Below, piece after piece: positions 1-10,807 of a stretch of DNA of 64,000 bases (its first letter is position 1; each line of letters starts with the position of its first letter). Source of the stretch: an uncultured virus (IMG/VR IMGVR_UViG_3300025653_003319) (taxonomy: Duplodnaviria > Heunggongvirae > Uroviricota > Caudoviricetes); the IMG/VR virus record IMGVR_UViG_3300025653_003319. One strand, given 5' to 3'. The position numbers and the translations under genes are program-made. The notes under the pieces were generated by a model. It made no database searches. It was given only the letters and a program-made list of their open reading frames with translations, and was not told where the DNA came from.

Positions 1-1
1 T

Positions 2-52
2 GCACCAATGCCAGCAGAAATGCCAGCAGATCCATTAGGAGGCGGCATATAA
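2..52 (+). CDS. 3' end of an upstream gene (partial)
   Basis: Open frame ...APMPAEMPADPLGGGI ending in TAA, which overlaps the next ATG (TAATG coupling). Confidence 0.55.
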   Translation, partial: APMPAEMPADPLGGGI

Positions 53-807
53 TGAAACATCACGACCTTGTTGATCTAGTTATTCCTAAAATCAGTTTAG
101 ATGAATTTTCACCAAAGACAGGTGATAATAAAGATGTAATTGTAGTGGGGTTTTATGTAGACGATTTGGCTCCTGCTAAAGACTTATCAAACTTTGTAGA
201 GTCAGGTGCATATGAAACATTAGATTGCGAGGCTTCCCCAGCCGCAAACGATGACGGACACTACATGGTGTTTGTAGAAATGAAAAGAGACAACCAAGTC
301 TTTGAAAAAATAGATAAAATTTTACATGATGTAGAGAACTTGTCTGGTAAACTAGCATGGACTGTAAAGCCATACTATGCAGATGAAGACTTTAAACTAC
401 ACGAAGATACATGGAAAAGTTTTGTAATAGTGGACCCAGATATGTATGTAGATAAAAAAACATTTCAACAAAATAAAGTTGAAGCACAAGAAAGCGAGTA
501 TAAAGAAAACTTAGGAAACTTTTTAATTGACAGTTTGATGTCAAACGTTAATTTAGATAAAGACACAGATAAAGATAGAATACAATTTCAAAGAGGCAAG
601 AGAGTATTTGAATTTGAATTAGTCAACTTTGGTCAAAAAGATATATTAGAAGACATTTCGTCAGAACCTATTAGAAGTATGTTAAGTGATGACTTAGCAT
701 TTGCTGATGCAATTGGCAAATCATATGTAGTCAACAATTTTAGCGAAGGTAGATTTACACTTTCTAAAGAAGGTAGCGATGATGTTTTATTATTGAGGAA
801 AATATGA
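52..807 (+). CDS. hypothetical phage protein (acidic)
   Basis: 251-aa ORF, GGAGG upstream, coupled to neighbours at both ends; no motif recognised. Confidence 0.75.
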   Translation: MKHHDLVDLVIPKISLDEFSPKTGDNKDVIVVGFYVDDLAPAKDLSNFVESGAYETLDCEASPAANDDGHYMVFVEMKRDNQVFEKIDKILHDVENLSGKLAWTVKPYYADEDFKLHEDTWKSFVIVDPDMYVDKKTFQQNKVEAQESEYKENLGNFLIDSLMSNVNLDKDTDKDRIQFQRGKRVFEFELVNFGQKDILEDISSEPIRSMLSDDLAFADAIGKSYVVNNFSEGRFTLSKEGSDDVLLLRKI

Positions 808-1034
808 GAGTAGAAATTTTAGAAGTATTAGAATCACATTTTGGTAAAGACAAAGGCATTACACAAGATAGTCATATGATGGACGACTTAGGTGGTGACG
901 AATTTGATATAGTTGACGTGTTTGTTCAAATAGAATCCAAACTAGGTATTTCCATACCAGAAGAAGAAACATTTGATATTATGACTGTGTCTGCACTATG
1001 TGAAGTAGTAGAGAGACATGTTGGGTCAAATTAA
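804..1034 (+). CDS. acyl-carrier-protein-like protein lacking the phosphopantetheinylated Ser
   Basis: 76 aa, acidic; DDLGGDEFDIVDVFVQIESKLGISIPEEETFDIMTV aligns with ACP DDLGADSLDxVE...F.I.IPDE.AEKI.TV, with Glu at the Ser position. Confidence 0.8.
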   Translation: MRVEILEVLESHFGKDKGITQDSHMMDDLGGDEFDIVDVFVQIESKLGISIPEEETFDIMTVSALCEVVERHVGSN

Positions 1035-1503
1035 ACTAGTTTTCTTTTTTATGTTGTTATCAGGAGCCGCTGGAGGCTTGTGGTATGTGCAACATCTAAA
1101 AGCAGAAAACGAAATCCTTACACTTAACAATGAGAAACTAAATGGTGCTGTAGAACAACAGCAGGCACTCATACAGCAACAGTTAAGAGATATAGAGTCT
1201 AAGACCGCAATCAATAAAGTATTAAGTGAAAATAATGCTAAACTAACAGCAGACTTAAACTTAGCAAATGAAAAGTTTAACAAAGTAAATGCATCAGGTG
1301 AAAGAAGAGACGTAGGTAACTTGGCTCTAAGTAAACCTAGAAGCATAGAAAGAATAGAACGTAAAAGAGAATCACAAAGAGCAAGGTGTTTTGAAATAGC
1401 ACAAGGCTCGCCACTAACGGAGGAGGAATTAAATGCAACCAAGAAGTCACAGATCAATGCTGAATGTACTAATATTGCCAATCCTAACTATACTCCTTAT
1501 TAG
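1018..1503 (+). CDS. inner-membrane spanin (Rz-like)
   Basis: N-terminal TM helix then a long coiled coil; two C-terminal Cys; 3' end overlaps a lipoprotein gene. Confidence 0.7.
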   Translation: MLGQIKLVFFFMLLSGAAGGLWYVQHLKAENEILTLNNEKLNGAVEQQQALIQQQLRDIESKTAINKVLSENNAKLTADLNLANEKFNKVNASGERRDVGNLALSKPRSIERIERKRESQRARCFEIAQGSPLTEEELNATKKSQINAECTNIANPNYTPY

Positions 1504-1882
1504 TGGATGTAGTACAACTAAGTCATTAGAAATTTTTACTAAAGAAGTAGAGAGAATGCCTCTTAACTTAGAACTACCACCAGTAGAAACATTAGAGCAA
1601 GTAAATGTTATTATTGTAACAAGCAAGAACCAAGAAGAAGTGTTTGCTAAAATGAAAGAAGCAAATATTGATCCTGTGGTATTTGGTTACAGTGATGAAG
1701 ATTGGGAACTTGTAACTAAAAACAATGTAAGAATGCGTAACCAAATTGTAAAACTTAGAGCAATTATAGAAGCATACAAAGAATATTACGAGCCTGAAGA
1801 GCAAGAAGGCAAGAGTAATATGTTTAAAGACTTTGGCACTGACAAAGAGTTTGCGCCAAAAACGTTTAATAAAGACGATTAA
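1457..1882 (+). CDS. outer-membrane lipoprotein spanin (Rz1-like)
   Basis: Signal peptide with lipobox LISG-C (MLNVLILPILTILLISGC); overlaps the i-spanin in another frame; start could be 1433. Confidence 0.7.
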   Translation: MLNVLILPILTILLISGCSTTKSLEIFTKEVERMPLNLELPPVETLEQVNVIIVTSKNQEEVFAKMKEANIDPVVFGYSDEDWELVTKNNVRMRNQIVKLRAIIEAYKEYYEPEEQEGKSNMFKDFGTDKEFAPKTFNKDD

Positions 1883-1885
1883 TAC

Positions 1886-1914
1886 TTGACATTCCTGTCA
1901 TATCTCTGTATAAT
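1886..1914 (+). promoter_or_regulatory. sigma70-type promoter, leaderless (ATG 6 nt after -10)
   Basis: TTGACA-17 nt-TATAAT, then TAGACA and ATG at 1921; no SD. Confidence 0.8.
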
Positions 1915-1920
1915 TAGACA

Positions 1921-2724
1921 ATGGATCACTACCAAACATTGGGGGTAGGCCGCGATGCTGACGCCTCCACTATCAAAAAAGCATATCGCAAATTAGCAAG
2001 TAAGCATCATCCTGACAAAGGTGGTAATCCAGAGGAATTCAAAAGAGTACAAGAAGCATACGATACACTTAGTGACCCAAACAAACGTAATCAGTATGAT
2101 AATCCTAATCCTTTTGAAGGTTTTGGACAAGGCTTTGGCGGAGCCAGTCCTTTTGGAGACATATTTAGAGATATATTTGGACAAAGAGGACAACAACGCA
2201 GAGAGCAAAATTTTGATGCACAAACTGATATACTATTATCATTAGAAGATGTATATAACGGTTCCACACAACGAATCAATGTAGGCACTGGTATGTTAGA
2301 TTTAAAAATACCAAAAGGTGTACAAGAAGGTACACGGTTTACTGTACACGGCAAAGGTCCACAGCAAGACCCAAACCTGCCGCCAGGTGATTTATTTATA
2401 AGAGTAAGATATCGACCACATCCAGAATTTGCAAAAAACGGAAATGATCTTATTGGTATTATACAAATAGATTACCTTGATGCATTAACTGGTGCAACTA
2501 TAGATGTTAGGCACATTAGCGGAAGAATGTTGGCAGTTCATATACCGCCACTTACTGAACCAAATAGCAGACTGAAACTTAGAGGGGAAGGATTTACAGA
2601 TCCTCGCAGTAGCATAGTTGGTAACTTTTTATTACAAGTAGAAGTTATGCCACCTGATTCATTGAGTCATGAGCATGTTCATCTTATACAAAGAATTAAA
2701 CAAGAACGCAGGAGAAACAATTAA
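1921..2724 (+). CDS. DnaJ-class (CbpA-like, no Zn finger) co-chaperone
   Basis: J-domain (DHYQTLGV...[15 protein letters not shown]), G/F-rich linker, DnaJ C-terminal domain. Confidence 0.93.
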   Translation: MDHYQTLGVGRDADASTIKKAYRKLASKHHPDKGGNPEEFKRVQEAYDTLSDPNKRNQYDNPNPFEGFGQGFGGASPFGDIFRDIFGQRGQQRREQNFDAQTDILLSLEDVYNGSTQRINVGTGMLDLKIPKGVQEGTRFTVHGKGPQQDPNLPPGDLFIRVRYRPHPEFAKNGNDLIGIIQIDYLDALTGATIDVRHISGRMLAVHIPPLTEPNSRLKLRGEGFTDPRSSIVGNFLLQVEVMPPDSLSHEHVHLIQRIKQERRRNN

Positions 2725-2732
2725 ATACTATT

Positions 2733-4910
2733 ATGAATGTTGAAGGAATTATAGAAAAGGCTTACGAAATATCTAATCAATTTAGTCATGAGTATATGAC
2801 TCTTGAACATGTTGCATTAGCACTTATTAACGATAGAGAAATCAAAAAAGTGCTAGGTGAATGCAATGTTGATATTAAGCAACTAGAAGCAGATATTGTT
2901 ACATATTTAAATGACGACGAATTTAATAATTTAAAGTCAGAAGGAGGCAACACAGGCAAACCTAAAAAAACAGTAGCAGTTGAAAGAGTATTTCAAAGAG
3001 CATTTGCACAAAGTATTTTTAATGGCAGAGACAAAATATCTGCTATAGATTTACTAGTAAGTATCACCAATGAAGATAACTCGCATAGTGCATACTTTCT
3101 AGCAGTAAACGGATGCCATAGAGAAAACTTATTAGATGTATTAGGCGACGTACACGAAGGCGAATTAGTAGAAGAGTCAGCAGATTACATTAAAAACTTA
3201 AACGAAGAAGCAATGAATGGTAGCATAGATCCACTTATTGGTAGAAGCGAAGAAGTAAATGATGTTGTCGAAATACTTGCAAGGCGTAAAAAGAATAACG
3301 TATGTTTAGTTGGCGAGCCTGGTGTAGGTAAAACTGCTATTGCAGAAGGCATGGCATGGAAGATTATTAACAAGCAAGTTCCTAAAACATTAGAAGATAA
3401 AATTGTGTATCAAATAGACGTTGGTACAATGTTAGCAGGTACAAAATTTAGAGGAGACTTTGAAGAGCGTCTTAAAACGGTATTAGATCAAATTGAAAAA
3501 GATGACAAGGCTATTTTGTTTATTGATGAAATACATATGATCATGGGAGCCGGTAGTGCTGGTAGTAGTCAAGTAGATGCGGCAAACATGTTAAAGCCAT
3601 TGTTAGGTAAAGGTAAACTATTGTGTATTGGTGCAACTACACCAGATGAATTTGCAAGTACATTTGAAAAAGACAGAGCATTGATGCGTAGATTTGCTAG
3701 ACTTGATATAGAAGAAACCACACTTAAAGATACAATTAAGATATGCGAAGGCCTACAACCATACTACGAAGAGTTTCACAAAGTCAAGTATGAAAAAGGT
3801 GCTATAGAAAAAGCATGTGAACTGGCAGATAGATATATTAAAAACAAATACTTTCCTGACAAGGCATTAGACATTGTGGATGCCGCAGGTGCAGTTTCTA
3901 AAGTATTAGGAAAAAAAGTTGTAAATCTTGATTCAGTAGTAACACAGGTATCAAAGATTGCTAAGATTAAAAAAGATGTAGTTGACGTTAAAGACACAAA
4001 AGGCTTTAGTAAATTAGATAGAAAGATTAAAAAGAAAGTGTTTGGTCAAGACGAAGCAGTAGATAAACTTGTAGAAAGTATTCTTGTTAGTAAAGCAGGA
4101 CTTAGAGAGCCTAATAAACCAATTGGTACATTCCTATTTGTAGGACCAACAGGTGTAGGTAAAACAGAAACAGCAAGAGCATTAGCAGACGAATTAGATA
4201 TTAAACTAGTTAAGTTTGACATGTCAGAGTATATGGAAAGACATAGTGTCAGCAAACTTATTGGTGCTCCTCCAGGTTACGTTGGACACGCAGAAGGAGA
4301 ACTAGGACAAGGCATGTTGCTATCTGAAATAGATAAGAATCCTAATTGTGTATTGCTACTAGACGAAGTAGAGAAAGCCGCACCAGAAGTATTACAAGTA
4401 TTGTTACAAGTAATGGATGATGGCAGGCTTACAGGTGCTACAGGTAAAACTGTAGACTTTAGTAATGTTACACTTATAATGACAAGTAACTTAGGTGCCG
4501 CAAAGTCAGAAACAAGTAAAATTGGTTTTGGCGAAACAACACACACTGATACAGATATCAAAGCAGTTAAAAGTTTCTTCACACCAGAGTTTAGAAATAG
4601 AATAGACTCTTATGTTAAGTTTAATAAACTTGGCATGAAAGAAGTTAATCTTATCATTGACAAAATTGTTAAAGAAACAAATGAATTACTACTAAGTAAT
4701 GACAGCAAAATTAGTATAGAACTAACCAAAGCGGCTAAGAAGTATATTGCAGACAATGGATTTGAACCTAGCATGGGAGCAAGGCCGTTGAAAAGACTGT
4801 TTGAAGATGTAGTTAAAAAACCTATCAGTAAAAAAATACTGTTTGATAAAATAGAAGAAGGCGTTGTACTTGTAGATTATATTGAGCAGTTTGAATTTAC
4901 AGTTAAATGA
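2733..4910 (+). CDS. clpA: ATP-dependent Clp protease ATP-binding subunit ClpA
   Basis: Clp N-domain; two AAA+ modules (GEPGVGKT/FIDEIH and GPTGVGKT/LLDEVEKA); GAPPGYVG; ClpP-binding IGF loop; no ClpB coiled coil. Confidence 0.93.
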   Translation: MNVEGIIEKAYEISNQFSHEYMTLEHVALALINDREIKKVLGECNVDIKQLEADIVTYLNDDEFNNLKSEGGNTGKPKKTVAVERVFQRAFAQSIFNGRDKISAIDLLVSITNEDNSHSAYFLAVNGCHRENLLDVLGDVHEGELVEESADYIKNLNEEAMNGSIDPLIGRSEEVNDVVEILARRKKNNVCLVGEPGVGKTAIAEGMAWKIINKQVPKTLEDKIVYQIDVGTMLAGTKFRGDFEERLKTVLDQIEKDDKAILFIDEIHMIMGAGSAGSSQVDAANMLKPLLGKGKLLCIGATTPDEFASTFEKDRALMRRFARLDIEETTLKDTIKICEGLQPYYEEFHKVKYEKGAIEKACELADRYIKNKYFPDKALDIVDAAGAVSKVLGKKVVNLDSVVTQVSKIAKIKKDVVDVKDTKGFSKLDRKIKKKVFGQDEAVDKLVESILVSKAGLREPNKPIGTFLFVGPTGVGKTETARALADELDIKLVKFDMSEYMERHSVSKLIGAPPGYVGHAEGELGQGMLLSEIDKNPNCVLLLDEVEKAAPEVLQVLLQVMDDGRLTGATGKTVDFSNVTLIMTSNLGAAKSETSKIGFGETTHTDTDIKAVKSFFTPEFRNRIDSYVKFNKLGMKEVNLIIDKIVKETNELLLSNDSKISIELTKAAKKYIADNGFEPSMGARPLKRLFEDVVKKPISKKILFDKIEEGVVLVDYIEQFEFTVK

Positions 4911-5458
4911 ATTTAGGAAAACGTATTGCAGGCATAGATATACAGCCGTCTTTTAAACTTTGGTGGAACAAATACCATATCAAAATATCAGTTAAAGGCA
5001 ATTGGTTAATACACGATGCTATGGTATTAAACGATATCTATAATTTTCAAAATATGTACTGCTGGGACACAATGAAGTTTGCATGGCATAAGGACTTTAC
5101 TATATATTTCTCAGACAGCAAAGTTGCTAAAAAATTTATAAAACAATTTAAAGATAGTGTTATTAGTGCAGAAGGTGTACGTTCGCAAGAAGAATACAAT
5201 GTAATTGCATCAAACAATAAGATATTAAGACGACAACTATTTTTTAATAAATATAGATATGTAACATATAAGTACTGGCCAAACGATGTTTGGGTAAAAA
5301 AGGTTAATAAACTTAATATGGATGCAAAAGTTTCTCATACTGGAGAAGGTTGGAAAAGTACAGTATACTTAGGCAGTAAAAAAGATGTTGCCAAGATGCA
5401 ATTAGCAACAGGCCGTAGTGAAGAAATATTTAAAGTAGTCACACTAGAGGAAATATAA
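4907..5458 (+). CDS. hypothetical protein
   Basis: 183-aa basic ORF coupled to clpA (ATGA overlap). Confidence 0.7.
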   Translation: MNLGKRIAGIDIQPSFKLWWNKYHIKISVKGNWLIHDAMVLNDIYNFQNMYCWDTMKFAWHKDFTIYFSDSKVAKKFIKQFKDSVISAEGVRSQEEYNVIASNNKILRRQLFFNKYRYVTYKYWPNDVWVKKVNKLNMDAKVSHTGEGWKSTVYLGSKKDVAKMQLATGRSEEIFKVVTLEEI

Positions 5459-5602
5459 ATGTCTGATAAAGAAACAGAAAAGCATTTAAAAGATATCACA
5501 AAAATTAACAAAGAAGATCTACGTTTAACTGATAAGGATGAAGCAAAGTTAAAAGAAAAGATCGAAGAATTAAGAAAAAAAGATCCTTTCGTATACAGAT
5601 GA
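5459..5602 (+). CDS. small protein ending ELRKKDPFVYR (not in ORF track)
   Basis: 47 aa MSDKETEKHL...KIEELRKKDPFVYR; fills the gap between neighbours; paralogous C-terminus at 62095-62271. Confidence 0.7.
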   Translation: MSDKETEKHLKDITKINKEDLRLTDKDEAKLKEKIEELRKKDPFVYR

Positions 5603-6354
5603 AAAATATTTATGTAAATGGATGTAGTTTCTCTGCTGGTCACAAAGCATTAGAAAACCGCAATGGAAAACCATGGCCCAGTTTATTTGATAATAATATA
5701 AATGTTATTAATGATTCTCTAAATGGTGGTAGTTCTTTTAGAGCATTGCGTATGTGCATAGAAGCAGTCTCTCAAGAAGGCAATAATATAGATACGGTTA
5801 TTTGTCAACTGTCTGAAATACATAGAGGCGAAATGGTTTTAAAGAAAGGTCAATTTGAATCGTATGATAATGACATATATGTAAACTATAACCCTCGTAA
5901 ATTTGTTTTAGATTATACTTCTAATCAACAAGATATTATGGAAGGAGAAGGGTTCAAACTGCAAAAAGATTTTACATACCTAAATGACGAAAGTCAAACA
6001 ATTGAGGACAAGTATTATCATAAACTAAGAATTTACAACGACCAAATGCTTTCAAGTTCTGCAGACAGAGACATGCATATATTAGGACTATGTAATAACT
6101 TAAAAAGTTTATGTAAAGCAAAAGGTATAAAGTTACTGTTAATGGCAATGAGTGAAAAATGTATTCCACAGTATGAACACATTACTCCATATTTTGCAAA
6201 ACCCTTGTGTAATATTATAGGCGATCCAGAATTAACTGCTAGTGGTCATCTAGTAGAGGGTAATGGTGATGACCATCCTAATGAAGCAGGTCATGAAGAA
6301 ATTTATAAATACATACTAAGTGAATTAGAACAAATCACAACAGAGGAATTATAA
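5599..6354 (+). CDS. SGNH/GDSL-hydrolase-like protein
   Basis: N-terminal GCSFS (block I) and C-terminal DDHPNEAGH (DxxH-like block V). Confidence 0.7.
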   Translation: MKNIYVNGCSFSAGHKALENRNGKPWPSLFDNNINVINDSLNGGSSFRALRMCIEAVSQEGNNIDTVICQLSEIHRGEMVLKKGQFESYDNDIYVNYNPRKFVLDYTSNQQDIMEGEGFKLQKDFTYLNDESQTIEDKYYHKLRIYNDQMLSSSADRDMHILGLCNNLKSLCKAKGIKLLLMAMSEKCIPQYEHITPYFAKPLCNIIGDPELTASGHLVEGNGDDHPNEAGHEEIYKYILSELEQITTEEL

Positions 6355-6827
6355 TGGGATTATTTGGAAGAGACACAAAGTTAGATAGAGATGCTGTATT
6401 TGAGCAACTCAAAATAGATGAAGGAGTAGTCAATGAAGTCTACCTCGACCACTTGGGATACCCGACTTTCGGAGTGGGCCATTTGGTCCTCGACACCGAT
6501 CCAGAGCATGGAGCGGAGGTTGGCACACCAGTATCAGAAGAACGTGTTAAAGAATGTTTTGAAAGAGACCTCGACACAGCAATATCTGAGTGTGAGTTGC
6601 TATACGAAGAAGGGGTATTTGGAGACTTACCAGACGAAGTCCAGCAAATCTTGGTTAATATGATGTTCAATATGGGCAGAACAAGACTTAGTAAGTTTAA
6701 AAAAATGCATGCCGCAATCGTAGAAGGCGATTGGAAAACTGCCGCAGTAGAAGGTAGAGATAGTAGATGGCATAAACAAGTTACTAACCGTGCTGAACGT
6801 TTAATGGAAAGATTAGAACAAGTTTAG
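6354..6827 (+). CDS. T4-type lysozyme (GH24 endolysin)
   Basis: DEG...YLDHLGYPTFGVGHL catalytic signature; NMMFNMG, SRWHKQVTNRA. Confidence 0.92.
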   Translation: MGLFGRDTKLDRDAVFEQLKIDEGVVNEVYLDHLGYPTFGVGHLVLDTDPEHGAEVGTPVSEERVKECFERDLDTAISECELLYEEGVFGDLPDEVQQILVNMMFNMGRTRLSKFKKMHAAIVEGDWKTAAVEGRDSRWHKQVTNRAERLMERLEQV

Positions 6828-6876
6828 CAACATTCTCATAACAGCCTTATTGAGATAAATACAATTGAGGCTACTT

Positions 6877-7236
6877 ATGAGAAGAACATTAGAAATGCTA
6901 GGAAACTCCAGTGATAATATGGATTTAACTGGCAACAATATCAAAGCAGACAGTTATTTCGGTTACACGGACGGTATTCATTCCGTTAGTGTAAAATTAA
7001 ATGCTTTTGTAGGTAAGATTAAACTACAAGGTACACTATCATTAACACCAGGATCAGCCGATTGGGGTGATATTAAGTTAATTGAAAAGACATCTGCAAC
7101 CACAGGCACAGAAATTCACACATTCAAAGGTAACTATGTATACCTAAGAGCCGTTCTTGATAGAGCAGGAGTCGGCGATGGCAGTACATATGACTTATCA
7201 TACGGTAGTATCTCACAAATTTTATTAAGCAATTAA
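6877..7236 (+). CDS. hypothetical (probable virion) protein
   Basis: TAAATA at 6856 and GAGG precede ATG 6877; beta-rich; lies ahead of the fibre genes. Confidence 0.7.
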   Translation: MRRTLEMLGNSSDNMDLTGNNIKADSYFGYTDGIHSVSVKLNAFVGKIKLQGTLSLTPGSADWGDIKLIEKTSATTGTEIHTFKGNYVYLRAVLDRAGVGDGSTYDLSYGSISQILLSN

Positions 7237-7287
7237 ATCAACTTTGTTGATAAATACATTATAATTGCAAATTAGAATAGGAATACT

Positions 7288-10200
7288 ATGCCAAATGTAA
7301 CAGGAGATAATTTAACTTTTAATATAGACGGGATCACCGATAATCAGATCCTAGTTTACGATTCTACGCAAGGAATTTTTGTAGCACAAGATAGTGTTTC
7401 TGCAGATGCAAACGCCGCCGTTACAGGTGGTAGCAATGTAGGTGCTTCTGGAATAGGCTTATTCTCAGCAAAAGACGGTTCACAATTAAACTTTAAAAAG
7501 ATACAAGGCTCAGGTGCAACTACTGTAACTGAATCTGCAAACGTTATTACTGTTTCCTCAACAGCATATACACTACCAACACCATTAAGCATTCACAATG
7601 TGAATGGCAATACAAATATCTTCTCAGGTAGAAACTTTGGTGATAATGCTAATATCACAGCATACGCAGGTGTATTAAATAACGCAAACTATCCTACACA
7701 CAGTCAAAGTGCAGGATTTGATTCTAAAACAAGATTTGTTATTAGTTCAAACGATGCCGCAGATGTAGAACTTAGTTCACAACATAGTTTATTATTACAA
7801 ACAAAAAGCAGTGATGGACATATAGAAGTTAGAAGTGCAAACAGTACTGTATTTTATGTAGGTAGTGCAAGTAGCACAACACCTGCATTAAAGATAAACC
7901 AAAACAGAAGTTTAACAGTTGCAAATGTATTTACATTACCGACTTCAGATGGTACAAACGGGCAAGTACTTGTAACCAATGGTTCAGGTGCAGTTAGTTG
8001 GACTACTCTAAATACAGGTGGTATAAGTGCAAGTCAACTTAGTGCCAACTTAGCAAATTATATTCCTAAGAGTGCCACAAGTGCACCAGATACCACAATG
8101 TCATATGACATTGGAAACAGCAATTACAAATATTTAAATATATTTGCAAACAGATTTAGAGGAACAGCAGATGCGGCCATTAGATTAGAAGATGGCTCAA
8201 CTATTATTACAGCGGCAACATTAGCCAACGCAGTTATTAAAACAAATAATTTAAGTGACTTACCAAATGCCGCAACAGCAAGAACAAATTTAGGTGTTTA
8301 CAGCAAAGCAGAAGTTGATGCCAATATTGCATCAGCACAATTACAAAATGCTATAAGCACAGTTACTAGTGTTGGTTCAGCAAACACAATCAGTGCCGCA
8401 AGTGCCACCCACGCAATTAGATTTGAAGGTGGAACAGGTATTGGTATAAATCAATATACTGCTAACAATACTATACAGATTTCAAAAACAGATGCTATCA
8501 CAGGTGTATTTAAAAACGTTAGTGCAGATGGCACTCTTCTTATTGCAGACAATAATAACGATACACTTAATTTAGTTAGCGGTAGTAATGTAAGTTTTAC
8601 TGCTAACCCAGGTACAGATACAATTACAATAGATGCTACACTAAACGACAGTAGCATTGACAAGTATACTAAAGCAGAAGTTAATACAGCAATTAGTTCT
8701 AATGTATCTGCATTAAGATATTATAAGAGTTTTACAGGCGATTCAGGTTCTACAGATGCTAGTGCCAAAGACGATACATTTAATATTGTTGGTGGCACAG
8801 GAATAACAACAGTAGTCACTGGCGATACAGTAACAATTAATAATACTCAATTAAATGACGGTATATTTAAAAATATCAGTGTTGCTGGTCAAGATTTAAT
8901 TATTGCAGAAAACAATCAAGATACATTAAACATTGCGGCAGGTAGTGGCATTTCAATTACTGCTGATGCAAGTACTGATACTATTACAATTAATAACACA
9001 GGTTCAGGTGGCGGTGGCGGTAGTGTCAGCGAAGCATTTAAAACTGTTAGTGTACAAGGTGGTAATAGTGTAGTAGCAAATGTAGCCGCAGACCAATTAA
9101 CATTTATAGCAGGTGCTAATGCAACAATATCAGCAGATAGCAATGCACAAACAATTACAATCGATGCTACTGGGGGCGGTGGCGCAGGCGTTAAAGGCGA
9201 TACTGGAGCAACTGGTCCAGCAGGTAGTGACGGAGCAAAAGGACAAAAAGGTGAAGTAGGAGTTGCTGGCGCAACAGGAGCCACTGGACCACAAGGTACT
9301 ATAGGTAATACTGGTCCAGCAGGAGCAGATGGAGCCGCAGGTCAAAAGGGTGACCAAGGAGCACAAGGTGTTGCTGGTAATACTGGAGATAAAGGTGCTC
9401 AAGGCAATACAGGTGCTACAGGCCCAACTGGTGCAACTGGACCAGCAGGTAGCGATGGAGCAAAAGGCGAAATTGGACCACAAGGAAATGTAGGTAGCGA
9501 TGGAGCAAAAGGCGAAGTTGGTGTAACTGGACCACAAGGCGCAACTGGACCAACAGGACCACAAGGACCAACAGGACCTCAAGGTGATAAAGGACAACAA
9601 GGAGCCACTGGTGCTGATAGTAGTGTAGCAGGTCCAACTGGACCAGCAGGACCACAAGGAGACAAAGGAGATACTGGTGCTGATAGTACAGTAGCAGGAC
9701 CACAAGGTCCAGCAGGAGCAAAAGGCGAAGTTGGTGTAACTGGACCAGCAGGACCACAAGGAGACAAAGGAGATACTGGTGCTGATAGTACAGTAGCAGG
9801 ACCAACAGGACCACAAGGAGCCACTGGAGACAAAGGTGCCACAGGACCACAAGGCCCACAGGGTGATGCTGGTAATGATGGTGCAAAAGGACAAAAAGGA
9901 GAATTAGGACCTCAAGGTGCTACTGGACCACAAGGTGGACAGGGTACTAAGGGTGAGGTAGGACCACAAGGAACAGTTGGAGCAACTGGACCAACAGGAC
10001 CTCAAGGAAATGTAGGTGGTACTGGTCCAACAGGAAGTAAGGGCGACAAAGGTGAATTAGGTGGCCCAACAGGACCCACAGGTGATAAAGGACAAAAAGG
10101 TGATACTGGACCACAGGGTTCAGCAGGTGCAGATGGTTCTACAGGATCAGATGGTGCACAAGGACCAGCAGGTGATAAAGGACAAAAAGGTGAAGCAAGT

Positions 10201-10803
10201 ACAGTAGCAGGTCCAACAGGACCAGCAGGTGCAACTGGACCAACAGGACCAGCAGGTAGTGGTAGTGCTATTACTGTACAAGACGAAGGTTCATCATTAG
10301 CAACAGCGGCTTCAACTCTTAATTTTGTAGGTTCGGGTGTTGTTGCATCTGGATCAGGCGCAACTAAAACAATTACAATTAGCGGTGGCGGTGGCGGCGC
10401 AGTAACACGTGGTAACACATACGAAAGATTAAAATTAAATTATAACACATCAGGCGAATTAACAAGTATATCAAATGTCACAGCAGGCATTAATGCTACA
10501 ACAATTACAAGTGCCGCAGGTGCTGAATTAGAAGTTCAATTCACAGGATTTGATTATCCGCCAGTAGCAATTATGGCTCATGGTTATCAGTATGCTTCAA
10601 ACAAGTATAGCATGAACGCAGTAAGCGGAGACTGGACTACTAGAACTGTAGACGGTGGTGGAAGTAGCGGATCACCAACAGCATTTGGTAGTTTCTCTAC
10701 AGATGCTAATGTTGACTTAAAAGTATCAGAAGCCATTACAGGAGCAAGTAGATCGTTTGGAACAAGCACCCATGCTTGGATAACGTTTGTGATGGCGGAG
10801 TAA
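7288..10803 (+). CDS. collagen-like tail/virion fibre protein
   Basis: 1171 aa, G/S/T/A-rich; [12 protein letters not shown] motif; repeated 'DTLNxxxGxxxxxTAxxxTDTITI' units; long Gly-X-Y tract. Confidence 0.85.
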   Translation: MPNVTGDNLTFNIDGITDNQILVYDSTQGIFVAQDSVSADANAAVTGGSNVGASGIGLFSAKDGSQLNFKKIQGSGATTVTESANVITVSSTAYTLPTPLSIHNVNGNTNIFSGRNFGDNANITAYAGVLNNANYPTHSQSAGFDSKTRFVISSNDAADVELSSQHSLLLQTKSSDGHIEVRSANSTVFYVGSASSTTPALKINQNRSLTVANVFTLPTSDGTNGQVLVTNGSGAVSWTTLNTGGISASQLSANLANYIPKSATSAPDTTMSYDIGNSNYKYLNIFANRFRGTADAAIRLEDGSTIITAATLANAVIKTNNLSDLPNAATARTNLGVYSKAEVDANIASAQLQNAISTVTSVGSANTISAASATHAIRFEGGTGIGINQYTANNTIQISKTDAITGVFKNVSADGTLLIADNNNDTLNLVSGSNVSFTANPGTDTITIDATLNDSSIDKYTKAEVNTAISSNVSALRYYKSFTGDSGSTDASAKDDTFNIVGGTGITTVVTGDTVTINNTQLNDGIFKNISVAGQDLIIAENNQDTLNIAAGSGISITADASTDTITINNTGSGGGGGSVSEAFKTVSVQGGNSVVANVAADQLTFIAGANATISADSNAQTITIDATGGGGAGVKGDTGATGPAGSDGAKGQKGEVGVAGATGATGPQGTIGNTGPAGADGAAGQKGDQGAQGVAGNTGDKGAQGNTGATGPTGATGPAGSDGAKGEIGPQGNVGSDGAKGEVGVTGPQGATGPTGPQGPTGPQGDKGQQGATGADSSVAGPTGPAGPQGDKGDTGADSTVAGPQGPAGAKGEVGVTGPAGPQGDKGDTGADSTVAGPTGPQGATGDKGATGPQGPQGDAGNDGAKGQKGELGPQGATGPQGGQGTKGEVGPQGTVGATGPTGPQGNVGGTGPTGSKGDKGELGGPTGPTGDKGQKGDTGPQGSAGADGSTGSDGAQGPAGDKGQKGEASTVAGPTGPAGATGPTGPAGSGSAITVQDEGSSLATAASTLNFVGSGVVASGSGATKTITISGGGGGAVTRGNTYERLKLNYNTSGELTSISNVTAGINATTITSAAGAELEVQFTGFDYPPVAIMAHGYQYASNKYSMNAVSGDWTTRTVDGGGSSGSPTAFGSFSTDANVDLKVSEAITGASRSFGTSTHAWITFVMAE
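9181..10260 (+). repeat. Gly-X-Y collagen-like coding repeat with internal duplications
   Basis: Continuous GGN-NNN-NNN periodicity; near-exact ~60-nt duplication (ggaccagcaggaccacaaggagacaaaggagatactggtgctgatagtacagtagcaggacca) at about 9640 and 9742. Confidence 0.9.
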
Positions 10804-10807
10804 TACT

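Noticed and set aside
1026..1481. 151-aa minus-strand ORF
   Set aside because: Antisense shadow of the i-spanin.
9440..9810. Direct repeats that might suggest a CRISPR array or a DGR template/variable repeat
   Set aside because: In-frame coding duplications with no unique spacers, no adenine-specific mismatch pattern and no cas or reverse transcriptase gene.
9130..10418. Long minus-strand and alternative-frame ORFs over the collagen tract (e.g. 9130-9894, 9416-9886)
   Set aside because: Shadow ORFs produced by the stop-poor GGN-CCA/GCA repeat; low-complexity translations, no RBS.
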